The position numbers were made by a program, and so were the translations under genes. A DNA stretch of 64,000 nucleotides from Blastocystis sp. Blastoise (lineage: Eukaryota; Protista; Bigyra: Opalinata): positions 108,833 through 172,832 of the forward strand of contig JBBPEB010000008.1 in assembly GCA_039096225.1 (NCBI GenBank), given 5' to 3'. Positions 41,701-55,370 of the stretch are shown here, piece by piece. Below the pieces are notes generated by a model. It had not been told where the DNA came from and ran no database searches. It was given only the letters and a program-made list of their open reading frames with translations. Numbering within the stretch: the first letter of the stretch is position 1; each line of letters opens with the position of its first letter.

Positions 41701-44700
41701 AATCTTAGAATCATTAGAAGAAGGTCAACAACCTTGGATGAGACCTGATATAGTAGATAGAGTATTTTATATAAAATTGAAAATCTTAACTCATTTGATA
41801 ACAAATTTTAAAGTATTTGGAGAAGTAAAATGTATATGTTATTCTATAGAATATCAGAAGAGAGGAATGCCTCATGCACATATTTTAATTACTTTAGAGA
41901 ATGAATATAAATTAAGAACTCCTGAAGATATAGATTCCTATATATGTGCAGAAATTCCTGATCCTATAAAGAATCCAAGATTATATGAAATTATTACTTC
42001 AATGAATATGCATGGTCCTCATACAAGAACATCTCAATGTATGAAAGAAATAAATGGTCAACAATACTGTTCAAAGAAATTTCCAAAAGAATATAGAAAT
42101 GAAACTACAATAAATGAAGATGGATATCCAAATTATAGAAGAAGAGATAATGGTAGAGTATATGTAATAGGTAGACAATCAAATGTAAATAATACTTTAG
42201 ATAATAGATGGGTAGTTCCATATAATCCATATTTATCATTTAGAATAGGTTGTCATATTAATGTAGAAGTATGTTCTTCAGTAAGAAGTCCTAAATATAT
42301 ATTTAAATATGCTTTTAAAGGACATGATTCTATTAATGCAGAAATAGAAAGAGAAGATAATAGTAATAATAATGCTAATAGTAATAATCCAAATAATTCA
42401 AATAGAAATGAAATAGAAATACCAAATGAAATGAAATCTTATTTAAAAGGAAGATATTTATCAGCTCCTGAAGCTATGTGGAGAATATATGGATTTCCAA
42501 TAAAATATTGTAATGTGAGTGTAATTACTTTAGATATTCATGATGAGAATGATAGAACTATATATTATGTAGAAGGAGATGAAGAAAGAGCTTTAGATAG
42601 AATAATGAATCAAGATACAATGTTAACAGCATATTTTAAAATGAATGATTTATATATAAATGAAGAATCAAGAGGAACAATGGATGAACCCTCTATTTTA
42701 ACTTATATAGAATTTCCTAAATATTATACATATGATTCAAAATTAAAGAAATGGAATCATAGAAGAAGAAATAATAAAGTAATAGGAAGACTTCCTTATA
42801 TAGATCCTACAAATGATAATTTATTTTGTTTAAGAGTTCTTTTATTACATGTGAGTCGTCCATTAAGTTTTGATGATTTAAAATGTTATGAAGGTCAAAT
42901 ATATAATACATATAGAGAATCCTGTATAGCAAGAGGATTATTAGTAGATGATACAGAATATTATGATATTCTTGCAAATGAAGTAATAGATGCTACTCCT
43001 TGGCAATTAAGACAATTATTTGGTTTACTTTGTTCTTATTATCCTATTACTGATCCATTATCTATTTGGAATACTTATAGGAATGATATGATAGATGATT
43101 TCTTTCATCAATATATAAATGAATATATAAGTATAGATAGACAAGATATATATGTATTAGATTCAGAAGATAATGAAGTGAATAGAATAATAGAAGAATA
43201 TTGTATACCTAGAGCATTAAATCATATAAGAAGTGTTATAGATACAAATAAACATAATGGAGGATATCAAAGTACTAATTTACCACAATTTGATAATAAT
43301 ACTAATATGATAGATTATGAATCTGAAGGAATTAATTTTGAAGAAGATCATAGAATAGCCGAAAGAAATATAAGTTTATTGAATGAAGGACAAAGAAGAG
43401 TATATGAATCAATAATGGAATCAGTGAATAATAATGAACCTCATAGAAATAATATGTTTTTTATAGATGGACCAGGAGGAACTGGAAAAACATTTCTTTA
43501 TAATACAATAATTAAATCAATAAGAAATAATATAGATGATGTGATAGCAGTTGCATGGACAGGTATTGCAGCTACTTTATTATGTGGAGGAAAAACATCT
43601 CATTCACAATTTGGATTACCTTTTGAATTAAATGAATCTTCTTCTTCTTCTATTTCAAGAGGATCTCCAAGAGCAGAACAAATTAAGAAATGTAAAATAA
43701 TAATATGGGATGAAGCTCCTATGGCTTCTAAATATGCTTTAAAAGTAGTTGATCGATTATTAAGATTCTTATATAATGATGAGATAGATATTCCATTTGC
43801 AGGTAAAACAATAGTATTAGGTGGAGATTTTAGACAATGTTTACCAGTAGTAGCTCATGGAAAAGAAGCTGATATAGTTCCTTTATGTATTAAATATTTA
43901 GATATTTTGAATGAATTTAATCAATTTCAATTGACAGAAAATATGAGAGCAAATGCAAATGAAATAGAATTTAAAGAATTCTTATTGAAGATAGGAAATG
44001 GTGATAGATGTAATAATGAATTAAGATTATTATCAAAAGATAAAGTACATATTCCAAGAGAATGTATTTGTGATGAGAATATAGGTGAAGAGATATTTCA
44101 TGAATTTATTAATGATTCAAATACAGATATATATAGACAGAAATTAGCTTCAAATTGTATATTATGTGCAACAAATGAACAAGCATTTTTAATTAATGAA
44201 AGAATTCAAAATATGATAAGATCAAGTTCTCATCATTATTATAGTCATGATGAATTAGCAGAAGAAGTAGAAGATATAGATGAAAGAGATGCTTATAGTA
44301 CAGAATATTTAAATAGTTTAATTCCTCAAGGATGTCCACCTCATGATTTAGAATTGAAAAGAGGTTCAGTTATTATGTTATTAAGAAATTTAGATATAAA
44401 GAGAGGATTATGTAATGGAACGAGATTAGTAGTATTAGATACAAAACCAAATGTAATAAGAAGTCAATTATTAGTAAGAACTGATAATATGTTAGAAGGA
44501 CAAGATATAGTATTGATTCCAAGAATTAAATTTATAGTAGACGATAGTGATTTACCATGTAAGTTAAGTAGAAAACAATTTCCTGTCAGATTAGCTTTTG
44601 CTATGACTATTAATAAATCACAAGGTCAAACATTTCAAAATGTAGGTATTTATTTAGAAAGACCTGTATTTAGTCATGGTCAATTATATGTTGCTTTAAG

Positions 44701-44824
44701 TAGAGTACGTTCTTTTCATGGTATAAAAATGTTTATAAAGAATGATAATATTAATCAAGGTCAATTAATCAGAAATAGTAATGAATGGTATACTAAAAAT
44801 TGTGTATTTAATGGAGTATTATAA
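38773..44824 (+). CDS. Helitron Rep/helicase transposase (HUH Y2 Rep + PIF1 SF1B helicase) with Asn-rich N-terminal extension
   Basis: The 1597-aa ORF joins the 359-aa ORF in frame through intron 39880-39950. Zn motif CIHC...CC; Rep motifs FITMTCNPNW, EYQKRGMPHAH, KYIFKY; helicase motifs GPGGTGKT, WDEAPM, GDFRQ, LTENMR, TINKSQGQT, QLYVALSR. True start codon not identified. Confidence 0.97.
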
Positions 44825-45103
44825 TTTATTTTTGTTGTTGTATTTTGTTATATGTTTTTTTCGATTTTCTAATTTTTCTTATTTTTCTTATTGTTTATGA
44901 ATACTTTTTGTTAATTTTCAATTTTAAATTGTATATTTGTTTATTTTTATTTGTTAATAATTAATTCTTAAAATTTATATTGTTTAGTTTATAATTCTTT
45001 ATCATTATCAAAAATAAATAAATAAATAACAAAGAACAAGAAATAATTTACTGAAATAGACTTAATAGATACATAGCATCGGCGAAGCCGATGCCACCCG
45101 CTA

Positions 45104-45216
<113 letters not shown>

Positions 45217-45217
45217 C

Positions 45218-45264
<47 letters not shown>

Positions 45265-45721
45265 CATAATAATATATGTATACATCAAAGATTTGCTATA
45301 ATAATAATTTCCAGCTAGTATTATCTTCATAGGTTTTTGGCATATGATTGATTATTTTATATATATATATATATATATTAATAGATTTTGAATTGACTTC
45401 TTTTTCGATAGCATTCGGAAGAGAATTCGGAAGGTATGATATATACGTGAACTTCTTTATTATTACCTATATATATAAATAACATAGTATATAAATAGCA
45501 AAAAAATATAATAATAATAGTTATATACATATATAAGAAGTAGTAGGCTGAATGGATTTAATAATACATTTAATCATTAACTTATTCTAATTGGATAATT
45601 CTTGTATTATTTATTTTTGATTGGATAAAACATTATCCAATGCAGATGATTGGATATTATGCTTCTCACACAATGTTTTAAAGATATATGCTCATTATAT
45701 AAATAATCAACTGCTTTTGGA

Positions 45722-45789
<68 letters not shown>

Positions 45790-45987
45790 TATATAAATAT
45801 AAAAAAAAGATTTATATTAATACTAGATTCTTGAATTATGTTCAAAACATATACATACCTGTTACTACTTCTACTCTTTTTATTCCCGCGGAAATAGATG
45901 AATTCTTGAGAGTTATAAATGGATAAATATCTTTAATGTTTTCACAATGAGTTCCTATAATAATAATAGTGTAATAATAGTTATAAT

Positions 45988-46025
<38 letters not shown>

Positions 46026-46456
46026 TTACCTAAACATAATTATTTACTGATTCCTTCCACTTCAACTCCTCGAACAGTCTCTTTGTAATTATCCGCAAAT
46101 ATACCATTATAACCACGGGAAATCGAGTTAGTATAGGACATATAATCATAATGAACAGGATTAGCTATATATAATATACTATTATATACTATTATATTCT
46201 ATACTATTATATTATAACTATTATATACAATTCTATTATACTATATACTATATTATGTTATACTATTATATTATAACTCCTATATACATTGTTTGGTAAT
46301 AATATTCTTGATTTTCTCAACGTTCTTTAATACTTGTGATAAGCTATTTTGATCCCCTTTAAGTGAATAATCCAATCGCATTATAGAGGGATCCACATGA
46401 CTTCCTGCCTGAAGAGGAGAAGTTAGAGGGAATTGCGGACTCAAAGGATTAATAAG

Positions 46457-46546
<90 letters not shown>

Positions 46547-46562
46547 ATTATTATTATTATTA

Positions 46563-49232
46563 TAGCGGGTGGCATCGGCTTCGCCGATGCTTCGTATCCT
46601 TTAGAGTTTTATAATTTATACAAAAATATTTTTAAATATATTGTATCATATAGATACATAAAAATGCTTTTTGAAGTAGTTTATAGTTTATAATAGTTTC
46701 ATTAATGAAACATCTCATAATAGTTTCTCTAATATAAATTACATTCATCTAAGAAAGATATTATGATACGAAAATAAACAATAATTTTATTTATTATTTC
46801 AAGTTATTTTGCTTAAATTATTCTTTCTGGAATGTTTATTTATTAATACATATTTTTTTATTAGTTTTATATAAAAGAAATATGTTTATAATTTTTTGTA
46901 TTAGTGACTAAATCATAATGCTTATATATAATTTTTATTTGATTTATCATATATAGTTTTATTGTATCCTGCATATATTCTATCTAAATAGTTCTTATTT
47001 ATTCTATTTTGTTTTTTAATATAAATATCTGTTTCGTGATATGAAATAGTAGTAGTTGAACTTTTGAATTTTTAAAATTTTAATTTATTTTTTTAACTAT
47101 AAAAAACAACGCGTTGTTTTTTTATAGTTAAAAAAATAAATTAAAATTTTAAAAATTCAAAAGTTCAACTACTACTATTTCATATCACTAATATCTACTT
47201 ATCTATATATAATAAAAATACATTATAGTTTATGAATAAAAATTTGTATTCATTTTTTTTTTTTTAATAATAGATAAATTCATTTTTAATATTCATAAAG
47301 AATCCATTTCATAATAAAGATGTCTAAAAGTAATGGAAATAAAATTATTTTTTTTTACATTTTAAAAATTTATAAATTAAGTCATTAAATTTTTCTATGT
47401 TTATATATATTTAAAACTACTTTTGAAAAGAACAAAAAAAATATATAAAAAATATTATCGTTTTTTTTTAAATAAATTTTAAAAAAAGAAAATATATGTC
47501 ATACTTATATATAATATATACTAAAAATAAATAGTAGTTTGACTAATATTAATTTTCACTATTATAAATAAATATATATAATTCTTATAATTATAGAATA
47601 ATTTTTTTTCAGTCAATTAATAGTGTTTATAGTGACATAATAATAAAAAAACAGTATTAAAAAAATATTTTTTTTTTGAGAGACATATCACTTTGAAATT
47701 TTATTTCTCAGTCAATTTTTATTTTTAAAAATTAATTTTTTTTATTTTTCAATCAGAAAACAATATATTATATATTATAAAAAAAATTACTTTATTAATA
47801 GAAAAATGATGGTGGAAATTGACCTTAGTTAAAACAATAAAAATAAAATTTTTGAAAAAAATCAAAATTTGTTTTTCATTTTTGAACCCGAGATTCAACG
47901 ATATTTTATATTTTGACTTTATATATATATGTAATATTATATTATCTATAAATATGACTTTTAAAAAGTGAGTTAGAACGACTTTTTTTGGTACAAAGTC
48001 GCAATTAACTTTTTTTGACCTTTTCTAAAAAGACTTTAAAGATATAAAATATCATAGTGTAACATATAAGGCATCCTTATACCAAATATGAAGTCAAAGA
48101 TCGAAAGTAAAGATGTCGAAATCTGCCGATACACCAACTTTGTTGTCATAAATATGCAATAATGACATATTTATGTATTGTAACGGTCATTGTATTCATA
48201 TATGTAGTCAAAATTTGATTCTGTAGGGGTCAATCAAACAGATATCGACTCATTCTCGTCTTTAAAATGACTTGAATGGTTCAATAAGTGGCGATTTTTG
48301 TCTAAACTACAAATATTAAGTCCAAAGGTTTTTATTAAGAGTGAAAAGATTTCGATATCTCTTCGACCTTTTTATTTTAAAAATGTGTTCAAATAGTTTA
48401 TAAATATAAACATCTATGATATACTCTGTAATGTTTAAAATTTAATAAAATAAGAATTGTTGATAGAACACGCAATTGAAGTTTTGTGTTAATTTTTCAA
48501 CATGTCAAAAACAGGTTTTAATGACTTTTAGGATGGTTTCATGAGTTATCATGATGATCCAGATAGTTTTCATTAAAATTTAAAATGATCAAAAGAGAAT
48601 GTGTCCGATATCTCAAAACTTTGTGGATCAATTTTTTTCAAAGCTTCATATATTATTATTATTTAGGTTATTTTATGTATATAAGTTAATTTTAATCAAT
48701 TAAAGTCACTTAGTAAAAATGATTCTTGTCTAATTGTCTTTTTAAAGTTTAGAAATAGTTTATAGGTGTGGCGAAAAATGTTATGTATTTAAAATAAAAT
48801 ATATTAATAATTAATAACAAATATAAAGTACATCATAAAGAAAAATAAAAGTCAATAAAAATATATAAAAATTATTTAAAGAAAAAATATAAAAAGAAAT
48901 TTTTAAGTAGAAAAATGTAAAAAATGAAGAAATTTCTGAGAAAATGAAAAATAAATAGAAATTTTGTGTACGAAATATGTTTATTGGATAAAAACTCAAA
49001 TTTTGAATTTTATTGCATTTTAGTGGCCAAGTCGGTTAAGTCACTTCTTTGTGGGACCGTTTTAGGCCCTTAGACGTGGAATTTCTGAAAATTTTAAAAG
49101 CGCGTCATAATACGTTTTTGATATAGATTCTGAATCTTTTGTAAGTGTAACACAGATGTGTAACACAAAAAAGTAATCGGTCCATTTATATCAGTACAAT
49201 TTCGTGCTTACTTATCCCTTTTATATATAAGA
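46563..49232 (-). mobile_element. Non-autonomous Helitron (2,670 bp) of the same family, in AlaRS intron 46459-49252
   Basis: First ~250 bp nearly identical to 19195-19445; the next ~1 kb is homologous but diverged relative to 28.4-29.3 kb. Same 3' hairpin, ending CTA (no final G). The flanking exons join in frame (DP-T|AC-LINP). Confidence 0.92.
47036..47188. repeat. ~153-bp spacerless palindrome centred on AACG|CGTT
   Basis: Arms of 76 and 77 nt are exact reverse complements except for one base in a homopolymer run. Confidence 0.95.
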
Positions 49233-49497
49233 TTATTATTATATATATATACATGGATCATTAATATATCTTCGAAGTAGTTCATGAAGGAGATGAGTAG
49301 AAGTGTGATGAATAGAGGTCTGACTATATATATATAGAGATAGAGAAAAATAAAAGCAAAATAACAACAGAAATATTAATATAAATATATATACGCTCAA
49401 TTATCAGAGTTAACAGAGGGATTGACACGTGCATGAAGGAGGGACGCGGGAACAGAAATGGAAGCTTTTAATAATATAAAATGATCATTCACACGAA

Positions 49498-49548
<51 letters not shown>

Positions 49549-50354
49549 CTAACAATATATAATAAAATAGCATATATACAGTATCTATAATGGGAATAGT
49601 GTTTCCATCATCAGTTAATAGTGTTCCTTGATCCCCCAGTTGACCCCCGCCCGTGGGGAAGAATGGACATGGATCGATACAAACATATGAATATTTAGCT
49701 TTATTCCCGCGGGGAGGATTCAATATAGCTTGTATACTAGACGTTGATTGTGTTGAAAGAAGAGGAGGAAGATTATACTTATACTTATTATTATTATTAT
49801 AATGAATTGTATAACCATTAAATGTATGAAACGAGGGAAGAACAGAAAGGATGGGAATAACATAACTATCTAAACCTATATTCTATAAATAAATATACAT
49901 ATAACTAATAAATATATGATAAATACTGTTCTTTTAGATTTATTATCTTTGTTTTTTGATTGGTCTATTTCATCCTCAGGTATATTTGTGTTCTGTAACA
50001 CAATTCCACGTTTTTCCAATAATACAAGAGAGAGATCCAATGGAATTCCTGTACTTCCATATAATTGGTTTAAATCCACGAGAGATGGGGGAATAGATCG
50101 TTTCTATATATATATATACATATATAATATATAATATATAATAATAACAAATACAATTCTTTATAATACAAATAAGCATAACAATAATAAAATTAAAAAT
50201 AAATAAATCAACACAAGTATATACTTTTGATGATTACTAACTCTTCAAGTTTATCTTTACCGCACTCAAATGCCCACCAAAAATGCATTTCCTCATTCTC
50301 CACAATTGACGTTATGTCCTGCACGTGACTTGAAATATCAGGATAAAACAGTTC

Positions 50355-50421
<67 letters not shown>

Positions 50422-51472
50422 TAAAGATTGAATAACCGCGGGAATACAAGAAGACAAGAAAGGGAATTGAATATTGTATATATACTCATATTTTAAACAA
50501 CGTCTATATATATAGAATTATATATGATTGTCCTTATTGTATTTATGAATAACAATTATATATACATATATATACCTAATTAGTTTTCTTAGTATACATC
50601 CGCGACCGGTAGGCGATGGATATACACCTTGATATATAAGTGCTGAAACTGTCTGAAATGGTCTGAAAGAATATTAAGCAACGTAGTATACGGTGATAGG
50701 TTTACGCGGGAAGTGCTTGGCGGGAACTTTTCAAATTGAGCACGTGCTTTTTATCAGTTTTTATATAGGGTTGCCGAATTAACTGTATATAGTTTATATT
50801 ATAATATATATATATATTATATATAATTAAGAAAAAATATATACATACATATATATACAAGTAAATTATCTTTCATTGAATAGAAAACATCTGTATCAAA
50901 ATTTGAACATACGCCTTGAAGCTATATATATATAGTATATTATTAGTATATCTGTAATGAATTATATATATATATATACAACACTGGCCATACGTTCTGA
51001 ACCATTCGTGTGTCGAAGTAGTAGTGTGTCAGAGGAACGAGGGAAGACTAAGATAAAAGGAGAGATATAATATATATAATTATAAAATTAAATATAGAAT
51101 TATTCATTATATTGTATATATATACTATAATATACAAATATCATTAAATATAATTATATATATATATATATACTCATTCTGCTCTATATTCCATAAATGC
51201 AATGTTTCATATTTCGAGAAGATAATCATATATATATCAATCAATGTCCTATATATATATAAATAGTATAAAAATATCATCAATAATTATGATTCATATT
51301 ATTATTATATATATCTATATCTATATACATGTGCATAAATTTTTTCAGTACACTGACCACATGAACCGACACCATCACCCATCGACCAAGAATTATCTTT
51401 TTTCCCACGGGAAAATATAGATTTATAATCAAATCCAGCTATCTATTTAATTTATATGTAAAAGAACAGATA

Positions 51473-51512
<40 letters not shown>

Positions 51513-51795
51513 TAAATAATAATAATATATATATATAATACTCTTCTTTTTATATATAAAAGAAGTGAGAAGAATAATATAAACCTCAAAAGTTGGGTCA
51601 CTTAACTAAAGTCTTTGATACTGTATCTATATATATATAATTTATTATCATAAAAATATTAGAAAAATAATACTTAAAAAGGAGAGAAATTAGAATACAG
51701 TAATTATTATAATAAATAAATATAAAAATAAATTAATAAAATAATAATAATGAAAAATAATAAGTAATTATAATGTAATTAATAAAAGTACTTAC

Positions 51796-52075
51796 CAAAC
51801 CGATATAAAAGACACAAGAAGCACATTTAGGAGCCATCAATCATTATACACTATAAAATAAATATAAATCAAATAAATAAAGCTAATTAAGAAATATAAT
51901 TATATACAGAAAGCACTTTCTGACCAAGTTAGACCATCAGGGATGACACAGAACATTGTTTTACGATCCAGAGAGTTGCTTAATCTGTGAACGACCAGAT
52001 TCCTAAATAAACAAATGAATTAAGTAAAATAAAATATAAAAAATACAACAAATTTGAAACGCGAACATCGTCACT
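51796..52075 (-). pseudogene. Exons of an unidentified non-AlaRS gene fragment upstream of the AlaRS pseudogene
   Basis: Three exons splice in frame to DDVRVSNLNLVVHRLSNSLDRKTMFCVIPDGLTWSESAFLYND*WLLNVLLVSFISV. I see no resemblance to the AlaRS N-terminus. Confidence 0.45.
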
Positions 52076-55000
52076 AAATAAAAAATGATATATTAAAACA
52101 AAATACATATTCATACATCAAGTTCAATACAAAAAGTAAATAAAAGACCAAGTTTCAAATTTTGCTTTTTCTTTTGAAATGAAAAAAATTACCGTGTATT
52201 TCAAAATTTGACTGTCTGAATTTTTGTTTTTGACTTTTTTTATAAACATCATAAAACAAGTTTTTTCATTTATATTATGAGTCTACATGGTCTATTGAAC
52301 ACCGTTTAGCAATTTTTTATTGAAAATAAGTCAACATTTCCAAACCACTAATGTTAAGAAAACAAACATAAAAAGCAGCTCTGTTTGTCAAATAAAGAAT
52401 CTATTGACAAAATATAAAGTCAAAAACCTCATATTAACTCTATATGAGAAGAATAAAGAAAAATAGAAAAATAATATCGACTTAGAATTATTTTTTTTTG
52501 TTTTTCAGAAAAATTCCTTCTCTAAACCACTTTTTTAGAAGGTCAAATTTTTAAAGAAAAATTATTGGACTATTTTTAAAATTAGCCAATCAAAACTCTT
52601 AAATAGGCCACCCTGCCTCATAGTGAATTACACTAATTTTTAACAATAAGAACCAGTTATAAAGTTTTTCTAGGTATATATTAAGTCAGAAGATGTTTTT
52701 GATTTAGACTTACTATGTTTGCTGTAAATATATTTCTGACAAAGAAAATTACTTACATTAAACTTTTATTTTATGCGTAATAATAAAAGGCGGTGTCTAT
52801 TTATAACTAATTTATATAACAGAATTGCTATTTATTCAAAACTGATAACAAAACAGCACAAATTATAAATATATACTGTTTATTTTGATAAACAACAATT
52901 ATTTTGTTCTTTATTTCTTTATTTATCCAATAAAAATTATTTTTATAAAATGTTATCCAATAAAAAAGCTATTTTTTTTATTCACGGGAATTAATCTTTT
53001 AAAAAGGAGGAAAATACTATGTTTAAGAACAAATCAGAAGAAAATAAGTCATAAAAGAGACATTTTTATCAGTTTTGAAAAAAAAAACGATATTTTGCTA
53101 AAAAAAATTTAAAAAGAGACATGCTTCTCACCAAAATCGAATTTTCAGACACTTTTATCAGAACCTCTTTTTATTTTGCATATATCTTCTAATGAAGAAA
53201 GTTTTTTCTAAAAATATATATCATTTCTATTTTTAAGGCCACTATATAAGAGATATTTACTATTTTTGTTGTTAATAAAACATAATGTTTGTGAAGCAGA
53301 TGCAATTAACTATAAATATATATTTCAATTCTTTTGTTTTCGTTATAAAATTATAAGCTGAATAGTTGAAAATATCTTTTAAACTTGTTTAACAAAATAT
53401 TTATGGCAATTGTTGTAGCTTGTGGCATATTTTACATATCTAGCTTATTTAATTTGCTGTTTCTGTTATGATATTTGTCTATATATGTAAATAAAGTCTT
53501 TTCTTTAAAAAATGAAACAGTATTACAAACAAGAATTAGCACTAAATTTGTGTCTAAAAGCATTCTGAATTCAAAATATATAAATCATTTTACTCATTAT
53601 GCTTTATTAATCATGAATTAAACAAGAATAGATGCTCTACAAATATTATATCATGTACAGACTCTAATAAAGAAATTACTACAAATATTTACATTGAAAT
53701 ATTATAATATAATTCTACTATAGATTTTGTTTTTTTATGGCTTAAAAGCATTCGTATGCTCATAAACTACTTATGAAAGACATATGAATATATATTTAAC
53801 TCTATATTCTGTGTTAGTGGCGAAAGTTTATTTAAAAAAGAAATACCCAAAAAATGCTCTATATATAAAATGTAGATTAGTATACAAGTAGAAAATATTT
53901 TTAATTTTTGCTTTTTCATATTATATTTTGTTTATTCTCTATTAATATCTATAAACTATATTAACAGTACTACTTTTTATATATAAATAAAATAGTGACA
54001 AATAAAATAAGTGAGTTATAAAAAGTATATTAATTTTTTTATAAAAAACTATTATTTCAATAGAGTAAATAACATAACAAGAGTTTTTATATATGAAAAT
54101 ATGTATTTGTTAAATTTAAAGCATAAATATATAAAATATATAAATATTAAAATGAAAATTAAAAAAAAGAAGAAAAACAAATTCGTATTTTCAGTAATAA
54201 ATGTGTAAAATATTTTTTTGCTATAGTTAGCATTATTTTAAATAGCAGCTTCTTTTTTTAATTAATTTCACGTTTAATATATATATAAATATCTTTAGAA
54301 ATACTATTAACTTGATTTTATTTAAATAATGGAAATAATTGTTTTCCTTTTTGCATAAAAAGTATAAAATTGTGACATTAAGTTTTTTTACCTATACTGA
54401 CCAATTATTTCTTTTATAAGAGAGAAAAAGTATAATTAATTAATCTTTATTGTTTAATATAGTTCAGAAGTTAAAAATTAACATACATCTATATAAATAT
54501 ATTTTTCAAAAAACTATTTTTGTATATATATATACTATTATATATATACCTTTATAAGTTATATATCAAATTTTTCTTAAATAGATATTTTACACTTTTA
54601 ATGTCATAAAAATCAATTAGACTACTCTTCTAATAAGATATAGCTATTTATTTATAGTCAACTTCTCATTTTGACCATATACTACATGACAAACTAGATT
54701 TTTCAATAAAAATTCTTTATGTCTTTTTTTCTTTGTATATTTGATTTTATCATTCATTTTAAAAGCCATTATTATATACAATACACGCTTGAACTATTAA
54801 GATATACAAAGGGAAACAAATCTCTAAAACGGAACAAAGCTCAATGAAATCATGTAGTAAAAAACATTATCAAAACTCTTTCTTTTCTATAAATAACATC
54901 CCTTAAGCATCAATCTGTATTGTCTGTTAACTCTAATATACAAGAAACTGCCAATTTTAACAACATTATGAGTTGTCATTCTTTTTAAATTAATCTATGT

Positions 55001-55274
55001 TTCAGATTTCTAGTTTTTATTATTTAATTTATTGTTTTAAGCACGAAAAATATTTTATAAACAATAATAATTATAACATTAAGAATTCAACACATGACAT
55101 CAAAGATTTTCTTCGTCATATTTATATGTAATAAGAGCTATAAACTCTATAGAATGTAAGTATAATAGAATTAGCATTATATAACCATGTATTGTCGTGA
55201 AATAATGAAAATAAAAATCACCAAAAACGAGTCATAATTTTGACAAAAACGAGTGAATTGTAGATATTGATTGC

Positions 55275-55370
<96 letters not shown>

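Larger units (their letters stand above)
45284..51442 (-). pseudogene. alaS: Alanyl-tRNA synthetase pseudogene, 5'-truncated, intron-containing
   Basis: Exons encode DNSWSMGDGVGSCGQCTE, EI*NIAFMEY, DT..ERMAS (frameshifted), [84 protein letters not shown] and SAGIKRVE. Stops at 51207-51209 and 46040-46042, plus more downstream. Confidence 0.92.

Noticed and set aside
45560-46042. In-frame TAA/TAG in AlaRS suggesting stop-codon reassignment (TAA at the conserved Glu of ELCxGTH)
   Set aside because: The same gene has TGA at a conserved Trp, frameshifts and a broken acceptor. The long AT-rich TE ORFs contain no in-frame TAA/TAG and end at them. A pseudogene under the standard code explains this better.
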